A stretch of DNA of 8,041 nt from a virus (taxonomy: Duplodnaviria > Heunggongvirae > Uroviricota > Caudoviricetes). The translations under genes and the position numbers were made by a program. The notes under the pieces are model-generated. The model made no database searches. It saw only the letters and a list, made by a program, of their open reading frames with translations, and was not told the DNA's origin. The DNA lies in the IMG/VR virus record IMGVR_UViG_2737471861_000016, one strand, 5' to 3'. This document shows, one piece after another, positions 6,850 through 8,041 of the stretch. Each line of letters starts with the position of its first letter. The first letter of the stretch is position 1.

Positions 6850-7139
6850 TAAACCCCCAGCTTATCCGCCAGTTGATGAACCTTAGCGCTTAACACCTGA
6901 ATCATTGAGCAACCTGTTACAGCGGACTGTGCTTTGAGTAGTTCCAGTTGGCCCGTTGTGATTCTGATGGCCTTAGAACCCTCTGCAACGCCCTTAACGT
7001 TATCAAAAGGGGTAAGGGCTACCGACTCTTTTAAAAGCTCTCCAACAAGCGCCGTGTGCTTCATATCGGGATATTTGGTTTTGATTGCTGCCAGTCGTTC
7101 AAATGCCTCTGGCAAAAGGCGCGTAACTGTGTGAGTCAT
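6849..7139 (-). CDS. Putative ribbon-helix-helix (CopG/Arc-like) DNA-binding regulator, possibly two tandem RHH-like units (96 aa)
   Basis: N-terminus HTVTRLLPEAFERLAAIKTKYPDMKHTALVGELLKESV fits the RHH pattern (beta strand, then LPEEL-type helix, then helix B). A second similar unit follows (KAIRITTGQLELLKAQSAVTGCSMIQVLSAKVHQL). Strong promoter and AAGGAG RBS upstream. Confidence 0.5.
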   Translation of the reverse strand: MTHTVTRLLPEAFERLAAIKTKYPDMKHTALVGELLKESVALTPFDNVKGVAEGSKAIRITTGQLELLKAQSAVTGCSMIQVLSAKVHQLADKLGV

Positions 7140-7174
7140 TGTAAAATCTCCTTAAATCTCTTACTCATACTACA

Positions 7175-7203
7175 ATCTTAACATTTATTTAACATATTGT
7201 CAA
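7175..7203 (-). promoter_or_regulatory. Sigma70-type promoter candidate for the RHH-led operon
   Basis: Minus-strand TTGACA (plus 7198-7203), 17-bp spacer, TAAGAT (plus 7175-7180). AAGGAG RBS sits 8 nt before the ATG at 7139. Confidence 0.6.
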
Positions 7204-7217
7204 CATCTCATTTACAT
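7179..7217. repeat. Four hexamer repeats (T/C)(A/T)ACAT phased at exactly 11 bp across the divergent promoter region (operator candidate)
   Basis: TAACAT 7179-7184, TAACAT 7190-7195, CAACAT 7201-7206, TTACAT 7212-7217. Confidence 0.55.
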
Positions 7218-7225
7218 GTTAATAT
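7197..7225 (+). promoter_or_regulatory. Sigma70-type promoter candidate for the small plus-strand ORF, back-to-back with the minus-strand promoter
   Basis: TTGTCA (7197-7202), 17-bp spacer, TAATAT (7220-7225) with an upstream TG (extended -10). Its -35 overlaps the minus-strand -35 by 5 bp. Confidence 0.5.
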
Positions 7226-7275
7226 GGTTATAGGGGCTGATACAGGTCATTCCCTTTGATAAATAAGGGGAATTA

Positions 7276-7461
7276 ATGGGCTTTCTTGAAACAATTGCTG
7301 AATCTCACAGATTCGCAAGCTTAGGTTGCTTTGTGTTTTTGGTGCTTCTGGTGTATCAGCTTTTAAAAATGATTATCGCCAAAAGTACACGATTCAATTT
7401 CAGCATTAAGTTTTTCAAATATGAAATCACAATTACGATTGATGATGGTAAAACAAACTAA
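7276..7461 (+). CDS. Small hydrophobic single-pass membrane peptide candidate (61 aa)
   Basis: ATG at 7276 preceded by AAGGGG at 5-nt spacing and by the plus-strand promoter. Contains one predicted transmembrane segment (LGCFVFLVLLVYQLLKMII). Its stop overlaps the stop of the convergent HNH/AP2-like gene. Confidence 0.4.
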   Translation: MGFLETIAESHRFASLGCFVFLVLLVYQLLKMIIAKSTRFNFSIKFFKYEITITIDDGKTN

Positions 7462-7751
7462 CGTTTTGTGATGATATTGGTGGCTCTCAGATTACCGGGG
7501 TCACCGTCTTTTAATCGTAGCTGGTGGACTGAATCCCAGATATCATAATGATACAGCACTGCAAACCTCAAAGCGTCAATCTTTAAATCTGTCACACCAT
7601 CGTAAAAGAAATAATAATCTCTCCCTTCCTTCTTCGGTCTAATCCGGTAAACTTCCCCGTGAGTATCCTTCATAAGATGACCTTCACGAGAAATGCGGTA
7701 ACGCTTTAACAGGCAATCTTTGTATCTCTTTTCACCGTGATATTCTTTCAT
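7458..7751 (-). CDS. HNH_3/AP2-like domain protein (97 aa); the canonical catalytic His position appears substituted
   Basis: Pattern YRISREGHLMK...ALRFAVLYHY...LRLKDGDPGNLRATNI resembles HNH_3/AP2-type domains (VHRLVAEAF...NHKDGNKTNNRxxNL). ATG at 7751-7749 is preceded by GGAGG at 9 nt and overlaps the upstream TAA (TAATG). The track's GTG at 7757 is too close to the RBS. Confidence 0.4.
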   Translation of the reverse strand: MKEYHGEKRYKDCLLKRYRISREGHLMKDTHGEVYRIRPKKEGRDYYFFYDGVTDLKIDALRFAVLYHYDIWDSVHQLRLKDGDPGNLRATNIITKR

Positions 7752-8041
7752 TAGCACATACCTCCACCAGCAAAATACATCTTCGGTTTAATTTTTTGCT
7801 TCTTGTCATCCTGAGTTTGTTTCTTTTTCGGTGTGAAAGAAAAGTCATCATCGTCACTGTCATCGAATGGGTCTAAACCCGATACTTTGTTCTTTTGTCT
7901 TGCAAGCTCGAATCTCTTTTTCTTCTCTACCCTCTTAATGGCTTTTTCACGTTCTGACTCTTCATCCTCTTCATCATCATCGAAGGGGTCCATCTCATCA
8001 TCAGTGGCGGGGCACTGTGTGCTGATGAATCCCCTAATGAT
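7751..8041 (-). CDS. Acidic/basic low-complexity protein with two DPFDD(D/S) repeats; 5' end probably outside the window
   Basis: The reading frame stays open to the window edge (...TDDEMDPFDDDEEDEESEREK...GLDPFDDSDDDDFSF...KKQKIKPKMYFAGGGMC). There is no convincing RBS before the ATG at 7993. It is translationally coupled to the downstream HNH/AP2-like gene. Confidence 0.5.
   Translation of the reverse strand: MIRGFISTQCPATDDEMDPFDDDEEDEESEREKAIKRVEKKKRFELARQKNKVSGLDPFDDSDDDDFSFTPKKKQTQDDKKQKIKPKMYFAGGGMC

Noticed and set aside
6934-7134. Plus-strand ORF antisense to the RHH-like gene
   Set aside because: Completely overlaps the RHH gene, which has a strong promoter and RBS; no start signals of its own.
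5368-7360. Recurrent AT-rich palindromes of the form (G)CTTTTTAAAA(A)GC at 5368-5382, 5439-5451 and 7348-7359
   Set aside because: TTTTAAAA-type palindromes are expected frequently in AT-rich DNA and one copy is inside a coding region; not enough evidence for a specific site.

Overview
AT-rich (roughly 40% G+C by eye) phage-like or mobile-element DNA with strong Shine-Dalgarno sites (AAGGAG, AGAGGTGA) and standard genetic code. Nearly all coding is on the minus strand, read from 8041 down to 1183. In order: a partial acidic repeat protein (7751-8041), an HNH_3/AP2-like protein (7458-7751), a divergent promoter region carrying phased 11-bp repeats (7175-7225), a tandem ribbon-helix-helix-like regulator (6849-7139) translationally coupled to two small proteins (6619-6849, 6413-6622), a 107-aa protein (5919-6242), a 576-bp non-coding leader full of hairpins (5343-5918), a 235-aa protein (4635-5342), a 69-aa protein (4402-4611), a 726-aa phage tail tape measure protein (2128-4308) and a 262-aa protein (1183-1971). 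Convergent on the plus strand is the C-terminal part of a large serine recombinase (150-1151), separated from its catalytic domain by an in-frame TGA at 9-11, with a GC-rich bidirectional terminator between the converging genes. The only plus-strand gene candidate besides the recombinase is a 61-aa membrane peptide (7276-7461) with its own promoter and RBS. No rRNA, tRNA or CRISPR array was seen. All functional calls rest on motif recognition by eye; no database search was run. The most unusual aspects are a tape measure gene with no recognisable capsid, tube, sheath or chaperone genes around it (incomplete prophage or satellite-like element?) and a shared operator-like motif at two regulatory regions.
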